In this document: in pieces, positions 40,136-52,690 of the stretch
Numbering within the stretch: position 1 is the first letter of the stretch
Layout: every line of letters starts with the position of its first letter
Source: the human T2T-CHM13v2.0 reference genome, Homo sapiens
Strand: one strand, 5' to 3'
DNA: 64,000 nt
NCBI RefSeq assembly: GCF_009914755.1
Contig: NC_060931.1
Translations under genes and position numbers: made by a program
Notes under the pieces: generated by a model
The model's database searches: none
The model's input: only the letters and a program-made list of their open reading frames with translations
What the model was told of the DNA's origin: nothing

Positions 40136-40250
40136 GATGGGTTGATAGGTGCAGCAAACCACCATGGCACATGTAAACCTGTGTAACAAACCTGCATGCT
40201 CTGCACATGTAACCCAGAACTTAAAGTAAAATAAAAAAAATTAAATAAAA
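40136..40250 (+). mobile_element. Short L1PA (PA7/8-like) 3' end
   Basis: gatgggttgataggtgcagcaaaccaccatggcacatg...cccagaacttaaagtaaaataaaaaaaa. Confidence 0.85.
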
Positions 40251-41814
40251 ATCATATTTACTTAAAAAAAGAAAGTTTGTCTAGTCATTCACCTATTGTT
40301 ATTACATAGATTATAAATTCATACATATAAATATATATGTGTTGGTATATAGCCTTACATAATATACCTACATATAAATATATACATACAAAATGTATAC
40401 ATATAAATATATATGTGTTGGTATATAGCCTTTCATAATATAACACACATTTCCTGAGAAAACCTTCAATATTTAACAATTTTTCATGAAATCTTGGACC
40501 TGACATAATATAAATGCAAAGTACTTTTTTAAGGAATGAAATTAAGTTGAGGAAAAGAGCAGAAGTAAATAGAAACAAATTTTGATAATAACAGGTGAAC
40601 AGATCAGAATGGGAGATGTACATAAACTGAAGCATAAGTTTGAAGATAAAGATGTCATAGTTAATGAGGGATGTTCAATGGGAATTTAACAAAATAGAAG
40701 TCAAGTTATTTTTGAATTATAATTTTGGTCAGACCAGCTGTCTTGGGTCTCAGTGCTGGTTTAGTGAAGAATATGTTCTGACTGCCTAGTTGCTCTATCA
40801 TTTTGAAATAAATATAAATACCTTTGGTAGGAGTAAGAAAATGTATGCGCTCCCCTTTAACTGATTGGAAAAAGATAGTTTATTTTTTATATAAAAAATA
40901 AAATACTGTATATAAAATAAGCTAAAATCACTATCATTAATAATGCACCTCCTCATGAATAATTTGCCTTACAATCCTAGCTAAAGATAACATAAAGCCA
41001 TAGTGATTGGCAAAATATTATTTCCTTATTTATTTATGTTAAAGTTTTAATTATTGTGATTTTAAAATGTATGCAATATACTTTTATAATAGCAAATGTA
41101 TATAACTTATAAATAAATAAACATACATTGGGGCGTGTTAAAAACCCTGTTACTAATAAATGTGGAAATGTTTAGACCTGCAGGATATAAAGTCTAAACA
41201 TTTAAACTTGACCTCCAAGATCTTTATAGGTTTCCAAGACCTTTATAGGTTTTCTCCATTTCTCTTCTAGGCTAGTTCCTCTTCCCTTTGTAATCTAACC
41301 TCCAGAGGTGAAACAACCTACAGAAACAGTATTTTTCCACACGGAACAATTACTGCTGCAATTCTCAGTGCCTTTGCTCTTTTTGTTCCCATATTCTTTG
41401 GCCATCTCCATCCTAGACCTGGTGCATGCCTTCTAATCCTTAACGCTAGCAGCATTTTCTCTAGGAGGCCATTCTTGATCCTGCCAACCTCCTTCCAGGA
41501 AGAACTCATTATCTCTGTTGTTATCTGCACGCACTTTCTCTCTCTCTCTCTGTAGACAAAACATAGCACCTCTAATATTTTATTGTTTCTTTTGTGACAT
41601 TATTTCTATAATAAAATGTAGATCCTTGAGATTATGATCTTTGTTTTGTCTTTTTGTCTGAATATTCTAGTGCCCAGAATGTCTTGATGCCTTTAGTTTT
41701 GTTGAATGAAAAGGTAAATAAGTAAATAAATGCATAGTGAATTAATTAGTTAATGAGTAAACTAACAATGACATAGAAGCAGTTCTCTGGTTCTGACACC
41801 GTACTTTAACATAG

Positions 41815-42265
41815 CTATTATTTCTCAATCAGGGCCAGCAGAAAACAATGTAAACTCACAGGGGTTAATTCAGAAAAGTTCGTAAAAGGATTATTAACAA
41901 AATTGTAGGCATCGAGGAGTGGTATAGCATCTTGCAGCTATTAACTATAGGAAGATTATTACCCTATGGCGATAAAGGAATCAAGGGAAAGGATTTTACT
42001 AGAATCTGAGGTAGACCTAGAGCTGGGGAGAGGACTGCTGGATACAGGCAGGAGCCTTTGCTAGAGAAATTCAGCCAGGAACAGACAGGAATAGTCTCTC
42101 TTCCCACCATCTGATATACTGCTGCTTTCTCCCATTGGTAGAATCCAATGAGAAAGAAGGCTCAGAAGCCTATGAATACACTGCTCAGAGGTCAGCATCC
42201 AGACACACGAGCAGGATGGGGAAGAGGTGATAGTGGACCTCTAAGGTCAAACATAATATACTGCC
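41815..42265. mobile_element. Old ERVL solo LTR (LTR41-like)
   Basis: ctcccattggtagaatccaatgag...agaggtcagcatcc...gagcaggatggggaagaggtgatagtggacct resembles the LTR41-family terminus as recalled. Confidence 0.55.
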
Positions 42266-44523
42266 TGGTCAGCTCGACATTTTGAGAAAACTAAAATGTC
42301 CTTTTTAGCCATCTACCATCTACCAAAGAATATGGGCATACTGACTCTGTTTAGTCAGGTGTGGCCAACAGGCAGCCGAGGCAAGCTTGCGAGACGTGAT
42401 GATGAGTATCTGGCGGGCAACTCGACGCTTTGGATATAACAGAAAGTTTTAAGATCTAAAAGCCTGCTATTTAGAAGTAGTAATTTTATAAATGGATTCT
42501 GAACAACCTAAAAGGAGTGTTACTTTAAATAGTGGGCAATTTTCTCCTTTCTCTTTGGTAAGGTTAGGATTAGATTTGCAATTTTACTGATTCACAAAGT
42601 CGTAGCGTGGGGATGGGCCCTCAGGAACCATATAGCTCATCAACTGAGTGATAACCTTGCAGTTACTCCCAAGACTGCGGAGAGCTGCCTTAGTCTATAG
42701 GCACTGCATAGAAATTCACCCTGATGTTTCAGTATGAACTGATCTGTAGGCCATGTTGAAAATTAATTAACTCTCTGCCAAGAAAGATATATAGGATTTT
42801 ATGTCTGCAATTTTAGGTATGGTGTTTGTTTGGGGTTCATTAGAATCACAAAAGTTGAAAGGCTTTTAGAGATTTATTTTTAGGCTCTCTCCCTCTCTAC
42901 CTCATCATTGCCTATCCCAGAACACGTATGGTTTACAGATGAGAAAGCTGGGTCCCAGAAAGTGTAAATGACTTGTTCAATACTCTGTAGCCATGAATGC
43001 ATAGGTTTACTATTCTTATTTATTATTTATTTATCCCAATTATCCATTACTGAAATTCCATTCTTGTTGATTCAGCCAGCTTCACAACTGTTATAAAGCA
43101 AATGCTTTATATTCAAGTTTGATATCACCATTCTGGAAAGCAATCCTAAAACAGAAGTTTGGAGTAATTAACAACTAGTATTCTAAGGTAAAATAAGAAC
43201 CAGGCAAAAAGAGATAAGCTGTGTTGAGAAAAAATACAATTTTCTGCTCAACAGTTTTAAATTTGAAGATGAGAGGGGATGCCAGAAAGTCTGGGCCTGG
43301 AAAACAAAAATCAGAAATCCACTTTAAGAAGTATTATTCATTACTCTCTGAAATGCTAAGGCTGAATTTATATAAAGACTTAAAATGAAAAATGAATTTG
43401 GTAACAGAAATGAGATAAAAATACTCCAAGATGTTAATATTTCTAGAGGTTATTATAATATTCACCCCTTCATGTTTTACCCAGTTATGTTTATCCCATG
43501 TATTTGTGCCTGAAGTATCTGCTTTATGGAGTTATCTAGAAGCTGGATAGTTCTACTTTTCTTGGCTTAGCCAACAGAAATCTGTTTAAAATCCTAAATC
43601 TGTCTTATTCCCTCAGGAATTCACTGGGCTGAATTTCCCACACTTTTTGGAAATGCTTCTCCTGGAATTATAATTACCATTAATTGCCCTTGTCAGACAA
43701 TTCGACAAAACGAGATAGGTTCAAATGGAAGATATTTTCAAAAGTAGGCACTACATCCATTAAATGTTTCTAGTATTACTTAGAGCAGATTTCATCCTTG
43801 TTCCTTGCTCTTCAATACGCAGATTTGGTTCTTCATTTGAGGAGAAGGTGAGCTGCATCAGGTAGAGCATTCCAGAGGTGAGGATGCAATGGCAATCACA
43901 GGCTATGCTTGTTGCAGTCTGGAGATGGCTGCCTCCTCTCCCTACTCCTCCTCCATTCTACCTTTGACAGCTTACCTCAGCCAGAAGACCAGAAAATAAC
44001 ATTTCTGCTTAATTTCCCCAACAGCTACACTTCTGTGATTCTGGGGTGGGGAACTGGCTCTTAAGGGACCTTCCCCAGATTCCCTGTGTCTTGCCCTTCC
44101 CCCCACCAGATTGGGATAATCCAATAAGAAGAGCCTTGGATAAACCTTTATGGATTGTGCCACTGGGTGCTTTAGAGGAGTCTCTTTCATGCTTCAGGTT
44201 CTAGCTTCCTCCGTCTCTGAGGCACAGATTTATCATATAGACACTTCGTTTTTTCAGTTTTCCATTTTCCTTTTTTTGTTTTTAAACTGTAGATTATTTC
44301 CTTGATTGGGGTTACTGGGTGATTTCAAGGCAGGGGAGTGGAGTAAAATTGCCTTTACTTCCTCATGTTTAATTCCAAATCACATACCTTATGTGGTAAT
44401 AACTGCATGATTTTGTCTATGTCAAACGAAAAAAATCATAACAAATTTAAATATGTTAATAGGTTTTATCTGCAATTCTGGAATTTGGCAACACTTCATT
44501 CCACAAGTTGGAATAAATATTCC

Positions 44524-44885
44524 CATGAGCTGAGCAGAGGAGGTTGATTTTATAGATAGTAAAGGGCTGAGGAAAGCAAAACAGAAAACAAAACGTGGAT
44601 TGGTCATTTCAAAGTTACTTTTCTGTAAAGGTTACAGCAGAAAAAAAAACAAACACAAAAACAAACAAAAAATCCTTATCGTGTCTGCTAGGATTGGCCT
44701 GTTTGGGGATTTGGCTATTACCTCTCTCTCCCCTGATTTCTCAGAAGGCAGATAAAGAACTTATTTTCAGTTTGGTGACTGGAACTTTTAGATAAGCAAC
44801 ACCATTTTGGTTTGGTCTGTTGGGCCTGGTGCAGGAGGAGGAGGCTCAATCCTGACCAATGGCCTCCTGTAAATTTTATTTAACA
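44524..44885 (-). mobile_element. ERV1 LTR fragment (MER31/MER67-like)
   Basis: Reverse complement begins TGTTAAATAAAATTTACAGGAGGCCATTGG...CTCCTGCACCAGGCCCAACAGACCAAACCAAAATGG. Confidence 0.7.
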
Positions 44886-44889
44886 CTCA

Positions 44890-45060
44890 TAAGAGTTAGT
44901 ACTGCAGGCTGAGACTTCTATCCTTAAAAAGGCCTGCTTGGAGGGTTTGCCCTTGGCTGGGATCTGGGAACTTAATTGGTAAACAGTTCCTTACATTGAT
45001 ATAAAATTTCTGTAAATGATGAGTGGCTGTGCCTAATCTGTTTGTATAAATATAATTTAT
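44890..45060 (+). mobile_element. LTR fragment (MER68/MER77-like)
   Basis: gcaggctgagacttctatccttaaaaaggcctgcttggagggtttgcccttggctgggatctgggaactt...ctgtgcctaatctgtttgtataaa. Confidence 0.6.
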
Positions 45061-45289
45061 TATATTACTTGTTATCGTTATTACCATAGAGTATAATGCA
45101 CTTAATTATCTTGTGAAGTTAGCCTTTCCTCTCTCTTTATTTTTCAGTATTTTCCTGTCTAATACATCTATTTTTCCCTTATAAATTTCACAGTAACAAT
45201 GTACAGTTGGTATATTTACTAAATATTCTAGACAAGCACAACTACATCCTTTTCTATTTTTCCAAGTCTAGTGTTAAGTGCAGAACTTT

Positions 45290-46150
45290 TATAGTTAAGC
45301 ATATTTACATATTTGTTTTAAGTTTTCCTTTTGCAAATGAGATATTTTAATCTTTTTCCCCATTATAATATTTAATTTTTTAAGCATCTAGGGAATATAT
45401 TGATTTTTGGATATTATATTTGTGTACATCAACCTTATTGATTTTTTTATTGTTTATATTTTCAATTGATTAGCTGGAGTATTCCAGAATTATCGTAACA
45501 TCTGAGGGAAAAGGTCTTATTTTTACCACTTGCTTTCTAATTTTCATTTCCTTCTCTTTTCAGGTACATTGACTGGTACTTAGAATGAAAAGGTCTTATC
45601 ATTACAGATAATCTGCTGTCCTGTCTTATTTTTTACTTTAAAGAGAATGCTTCTAATGTTTCACAGTTGAGCACCGTCCCAGCTTTCAGTCTGATGTCTC
45701 TTCACCTATCTCTCTCCATAAAAGTTGATCTATATTAGTTCTCCCATTAGGTCATTATTTCAACTTCTTCTTGCAGAATATTAGTCTTGTACAATTTCGA
45801 TGTGTGAATCAAGGTCTTCTTTTAATTTCAGGAAAGTCTTATCCTTGTATTTTGTTGTGTTTTCTGTTTTAATTTTTCTGGTTCTATCTTCAGGAACATC
45901 AGCGTTTCATATAGTAATGTCCTTTGTTTGCATATCCATTATCTCTTTTAAAAATTAGTTTATTTGATGTTCTCAAACTGTTCTCTATGTCATTGACTCT
46001 TTTCACCACCAAATATTTTTCCATTTTTTATTGCTTCTAATGTGAATTGCATTTCTGTTCTTATTTTATAATTCTCCTCCATTTCTTTTTTGAGCTCTAA
46101 CAGATCACTTTTAAACTCATTCTGTTTTTAAATTCTTTCTGTTTTGGATT
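45290..46150 (-). mobile_element. Old L1 (L1M) fragments
   Basis: T-rich with motifs attgatttttggatatt...caaccttatt and tttaaagagaatgcttctaatgtttcac. Confidence 0.5.
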
Positions 46151-47576
46151 CAGAAAACCATATTTCCTTTAACATCTTTGGTTTCTTGGAGAAACACCTG
46201 GTATACTTTCATACCATCTCTTGGTCCTGCTAAGATTTCACCCAGCCTGGCTGGAAGTCACTGGTTTACAGGGAAGCTTCCTGTGTCCTAGTGTATGTGT
46301 AGTGATTTAGAATTCTCTTCCACTAGTTGTCAAAACTTTAATCCCTCAGTCTGTCAAACTGATAGTCTTTTGTTGGCAATAATAGCATAGTGGGCTTCCT
46401 GCCTATTATGCTATTCTGATTTCAAGCAGAACTCAAGTATGCTTCAGCAGCCCTTTTCATTGACACAGACCATGTCATGCTAAGGAAGTGTCATTGGCTT
46501 GTCCCCTCAGAAAGTTCAGGCTACTCTTAGAGATTCTGAGTGTTCATGAAAGCTGTAACACATAATGCCCTTCTAAGTGTCCTCCCTAAGTTGTGTCTAA
46601 TTTTACCACATTAGCCAAATTTCTGTATCAACTGTGGTTTGGGACTGTAACCGTTTCCTGCTGTCAGAATAGAGTTTCATTTGTGTTTTTCATTCTTATT
46701 GATTTTGGTCTATTGGAAAGTGGAAAGCAGGGCAGATCCATCATTGTTAACTTAAACATTTGAGCAGTAATTCTAAAATTATTTTTGTCTATGATCTGCC
46801 TCCCCAGATTCTTGGTTTTATTTAGTTAAACTTATGCAGTTACTATAATGTAATTTTTAGCCATATTAAATTATTTTTATTCTCCTACATGGTAAAATTG
46901 TTTCTGGATTTAATAGAAGCTAAAACATTTTAAATTTGATCACTAAGTTCTTGATTTGTGGCCCTGTGCTTTGGTGATGTCATTGATTCACTCTTCACTT
47001 TATTGGCTTCACTGATATCATGGTATAATATCTGAGCAAAACGTAGGTCAAAATATCTGATTTTTATCTCTTCTTCTCTAGGACTTTCTTGATCACACAT
47101 GATAATTCATATATAATAGAAATATTCACAGCCAATATATTTAACATAAAGTTTAACCTATACTGTAATAAGTCAGAAAATATATGCAACTATCAATTTA
47201 TTGGAAGTTATATATGCTATTTCTAATGGGATACAAGTTCCTGACAAATAAACTCTGCAGTTTTAAATATGTTTGTTTAATTCAAACAACTGGATGAGAA
47301 TATTAGGCTCTATGCAATGGTAGCTACTAACCTAATTACACTTTTAATTGAGTAGTCAACGTTAAATTAAATGTCTACAGCATGCTAACCCAGTGATAGC
47401 AGGAAACAACTCAACTTGTCTTGGAGACTCATTCAATTATTTGATGTCAGCCAAGTAACTAATATAACTGTAATATACTTCAGGAAAAGAGATAAGAAAA
47501 TCACCAGAATAAGGATAGTCAGAAAAGAACAAAATAGGAATTGAGTTGAAAATATACATGATACAGAATCAGAGGT

Positions 47577-47607
47577 ACACACACACACACACATACACAC
47601 ACACACA
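47577..47607. repeat. Interrupted (CA)n microsatellite; another (CA)n at about 56586-56607
   Basis: Read directly. Confidence 0.9.
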
Positions 47608-49111
47608 TTTAAGGAGTTGTAGGAAACCTGGAGAATGAAGGCAGAACAACAGCCTTCATTCAAGGCCACAGGACCAGAACTAGAATGGAAAAAGGGCAAA
47701 TTACCGTACAGCTGAAATAAAATGCAATCGTGTCAATACAAAGAGGGGAGAGAGTAGCAAAAATTCCAAAAAACAGTAACCAGAACTCTATGATGAGAGA
47801 AAGTTATTGTCTTAGACAGACCAATCAATTTTTGTTTATCTAATTAAACTATATCCTTTTCCAAAAACACTTTAAACCAGATTTCAAAATCTATGCATAG
47901 CAAAATCAGTAGACAAGAATAGATTGAAAAAAAAATCAGGTGAGAAAAAAAATAAAGCTAAATAAAGCTAAAGATATGTTAATAAACAACATGCATGCCA
48001 CACAGTCCTATTTAGGTTCTTAACAGAAGAAGTTAACATGCAAATGTGGTCTGTTACAAGATTTCCAGAGGCCATAAGAAAAACAATCCAGCTGTTCACC
48101 AGAAGCGCAGAGGTCGAAACTTCAGGGAAATTTGTCTTATATGTTTTTTAATCAAGAGAATAGACTGTGTGATAGAGTTGATGACACTTTCAATATCATT
48201 TCTACAGTAAATCTGATATACAATTCTTACTGATGTTACTATATTTTTTTCAGTTCAATCCAAATCATAACTGCATAAATATTTCTGAAAAAGCAATTAT
48301 GCAAATATCCAGATAAGCCACTCCCAGATGGTCTGGTTTATCCAAGAGCAAAATTCAAAATACCCAGAGAACATCATGTCTTTCAGATAATCCTCAATGA
48401 AAATTATTTTCACAATAAGTAAATCATACATGAGATAGTTTTTCATAATATAGTCATTATGTACCCAAAGATAATTTGTTAAATAATTTCTGTCTAGAAA
48501 ATGAAGCTAATTAGTTACATGTTTCCTGAATGAGGCTACTCATGATTCAATACCCTCTACTTACCTTATTTTTGGCTGGTTGCTGTTTCCTTCTCTGGAG
48601 GGAGTTATTCCATTATATACAATGTGCAAGAAAATTATTCTTAGGTATAGCTCCCTGGGTTGTTGTTTAGAGCAGATTTTGTTTATAGGGTAATTCTGAA
48701 AATGCTGTCTTGGAGAGATTACAACTATGCCTTTTTCTATTAGCTCACTAAAATAAGTATCTGAATTTAAAATCCCAATATTTCAGCCCCTAAGCAATTT
48801 TTTTTTCTATTATAGGGAAACGACACTGTCTACACATAGAGAAGAAGCAGTATCTTTTCATGAAGAATTGCTCATGCTCCAGACTTTGAAAGGAAAATCA
48901 AAATAACTCAAGTAATACAGGGCCTAAATGTGGACACAATAGAAACAACACCGAGAAACTCACACAAGCTCAGAAGCCTTAAATTTGGGGGTAGCTCATC
49001 CTAGGTTGTGCCCCTACGTAATCCAGAAGTTATTAGATAGTACCGGATATCTTAGGTACTCATGATTCTTGACAGACAAGCCTGTGTAGTTAACAGTAAT
49101 TAAAATGTTAC

Positions 49112-49943
49112 CTTAAATCAGCAGCTTTCCCCGTCTTGTTAATGCACATAACCTCTCTGGTCTGATATCCAATCTGGATGTCCCAATATTTGTTCTCTTG
49201 TCTGTTCTGCCTGTTTCTGTTTCTCTTTTTCTTAATAAGCTCGCGGGCTTCTGGATCCTTTACTCCTTTGCTGCGGTCCTTTTCCCGTTCTTTATTCTTC
49301 CCGCGTCTCCTTGCTTGTCTTACTTGTCGGGAGTGGGGCATTGAGCAGGTGCTCCAGGGCCCCACATGCAGGCTGTACCTGAGCTCCTCGGCCTCGCATG
49401 GACTGGATTGGCACACCTGGAACTCCGTCAGGTTTGGACAGCCAGAGCCTCCGAACTGCGGGGGCGCCACCACATGACGCGTCCGGTGCTGGAGCCCGCT
49501 GCCGCAGGTCTTGGAGCATTCGGACCAGGCAGAAAATTCAGACACGATGCAATCTTGCTGGCAAGGAATGAGGCAAGCCTGCTCCAGGAGAGGCTTGGGC
49601 TCAAAGTACTCACAGATGATATCCTCCGCAGGAATGTCTTTGTCTTTCTGGATGCACGCTATCTCCCTCACCTGAATACCTTCTTCCCCCTTAATGCACT
49701 CAAGAGGTTTCTCTAGGCTTTTTGAAATCACAGGCTGACACTGATTCCAAGGTCCCAGTCTCCAGTCGTACAACTCTTTGTGCCAATCGCAAACTTTGAA
49801 ACAATTCTGCTGGTTATTGGGTCTCTCGGCCTGCTTACAGTTAGTATGCAGTGTAGTCCATCCCTCCACATGAGCACACCACACAGCCCTCGTTTGGATG
49901 CCTCCGGGACCACATTCATCTCCCATACATCGGCCCCATGGAC
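49112..49943 (-). CDS. THSD7A: THSD7A coding exon (exon 2, 832 nt): N-terminal TSP1/TSR repeats plus the polybasic segment RQARRRGKNKEREK...KKKRNRNRQNRQ
   Basis: Minus-strand acceptor TTTTTGTAG|GTCCATGG (AG at 49945-49944) and donor TTAAG|GTAACA (GT at 49111-49110). Translation GPWGRCMGDECGPGGIQTRAVWC...WSECSKTCGSGLQHRTRHVV...KAADL carries WSxCSxTCG TSR motifs and matches the THSD7A peptide as I recall it. Phase 1 in, phase 2 out. Confidence 0.97.
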
Positions 49944-52341
49944 CTACAAAAATTATAACACAAAAATTAGCAGTGCTACTAGAAGAAAACTACAAGTTAC
50001 TGCACATTCCAGAAAGACCTTTCAAGACCTAGTACATTAACTTCCCTGCGGTGTTACAAAGTAGGTCTCTGGACACGACTGTTGGAAAGTAATGATCCTC
50101 GCTAAGTATTTTTGCAAAAGGGGAACTGTGTCACAGAGTCTATATAAGGTAACTTCTGGGACAATTTCACTTTGGGTCCTTTAGGGATTACGAAAAGTTT
50201 GGTTTTGTTCATTTCCTTTGTTTTAGGTAGTTAGAAATCCTTGCTGATAAAGGACATCAGAAATTAGTCACAGTGAAAACTCATTACTCCGGCCTCACAA
50301 TCATCAAATCCATTTCAGTAACTGGCAAAGAAAATGGCCCCGTGTGAAGAACTTCTCCTGCAGGCATTTCTCTTCCTGGACAGTTAACTATTTTGTGGAA
50401 CTTGCTCTCTTCTTCAACATATTTTATTTTCATAGACTATGACTGCAAGGGTCTAATAGTTGTATATCATGTGTGCCACTGGAGCTTAAAGTGTTCACTC
50501 TCTGGTTATCAAAACTAAGAAGCAAAAATCTTCATTTACACACATTCTGCCTTTAAATTTACCAAATTTCCCCCCCATTTCCCAAGTGAAGTATAGAGCT
50601 GGGTAAGGGAATTTAAATGTAACTAAAAGACTTTTGCAATTTTCTAATCATTGAGAGGTTATTTGGGGTCTTATTTATTTATTCATTTCTTAAACATGAA
50701 CTATTTGGTATTACAGAGCTGTTTGATGTGATACTTAAATCAGTGGCTTTAATATGAAATATGGGTTTTTTTCTGTGAAATCCTTCTTAGAATAAACTTT
50801 ATATTCACATATATTATTTTTTTCTAAGGTAGATGATATGATTTTCAGTACTTTAATAGACAGATCCCAATTTACGAAATTGAGAATTGTATTATTTTGG
50901 AATCATAAAGAAACTTAAAGTTCATGTAAGTACATGATTTTCAAAAAGTATTCCATGAATTTGAGAAATTGTTTGATGTGCCTTAAAGCCATTTTCCATC
51001 TGTTGTGTGGGAAGGTGAGGGCCAACATGTGGGGTGGGCTCTAGTGCCCCTCACACCCTTACACTACTGTCGTCCTCCCTGATTGATGCTTTTATAAGAA
51101 AAACTCTATTTGTATTATTAGTTTTATTCACATGGGGATTATGCATAAGATTATGTCTGCAAGAGGTTTCTACTGTGGAAATTTGAAACCTGCTAAAGTA
51201 GGTCAATGGATTCGCTCTACGGATGAGAAAAACAGGAAACAAGAAGGGAAAGTGATTTGCTGAGTTCAAATATTTAATGAATAACAAAACCATTCTGGAT
51301 TTTAGATTCCAGTTCCAACTTTTAGTTGTATGATTTCTCTTGGACATTAGAGCTTTAGCCTCAGTTAGTTTCTTCTGTACATAACAATTGCTAGTATATG
51401 AATAAAGAAATATAAAGAATGTGCCTATCATATTTAATCTAAACATTTAATTTTGCTTAATGAGAAAGATGTTTAAAGTTTGTTGAGAATTTCCTTACAA
51501 ATGGCATTATGGAGTTGTAAATAGAATAGAGACTTGCTGTAAATATTGTGCTAACTAATCATTATTGCATGAAAGTAAATATTGCATAGTTGGCATACCC
51601 ATATCATTCCTTTATGAAGTTTGCATGTAAAAAATTATAAGGGATGTAAAATGCTCATGCTTATTAGTGATGTAACATTCTTATAAGGGATATAAAATAC
51701 TCAAGGAGACTGGGAAACAGTCTCCTTGAAGTATGAATGTTGAAACTTTATGGGAGAAAGCCAGTGGGTTTGTTGCATCTGTCAAAATGCAATCCACCTA
51801 ATAATATTTTAATCTTATTTTTAACTTGCCAAAGAAAAAATATATATTCACAAATCTGGTGATACTTTCTTAAAGATTTTTCTAAATACTCACTTTGGGA
51901 ACCACAGAACCTAGGAAACTTCTCAAAATGAGAACCCAGTAATATGTATAAAATTTTCTAATTAATTCCACACATCCTTGGCATTTATTCCCCATCCCCA
52001 CTGTGCTTGAACAAAACAGTGGTCCTTATTTTCCATCTGAACACAACATATAAAGACATATTTATATCAGACTCTCAAATTAAGAGTAAACTATATGCCA
52101 TTAAGTCTGAATTTGAAAATATAAGTGTCTTATACTAAATCAGACTCTAAATCCCAGATGTAATTTAGTTGAACTTCCTGATATATTATTTTTTTCCAGT
52201 TTTTAAAATTAATTATGAAATTAGACTGACTAATCAGATTGAGGCTACTAGTCTTTTATCCTCAGAGTGTAAACAAATGATTTTTTATAGCAAACTTATA
52301 AGGGTGTCACTTAAAAAACATAACTGTACATTTTTAGGTAG

Positions 52342-52690
<349 letters not shown>

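Noticed and set aside
42396-42501. Possible C/D box snoRNA (GTGATGA...CTGA)
   Set aside because: No terminal stem and antisense to the host gene.
43970-44000. Recursive splice site (GAG|GTAAGC) in the long intron
   Set aside because: G at -3 and an interrupted pyrimidine tract make a poor acceptor; probably a decoy donor.
49178-50040. Several overlapping ORFs on both strands around exon 2
   Set aside because: Shadows of a GC-rich coding exon; only the TSR frame has motifs and matching splice phases.
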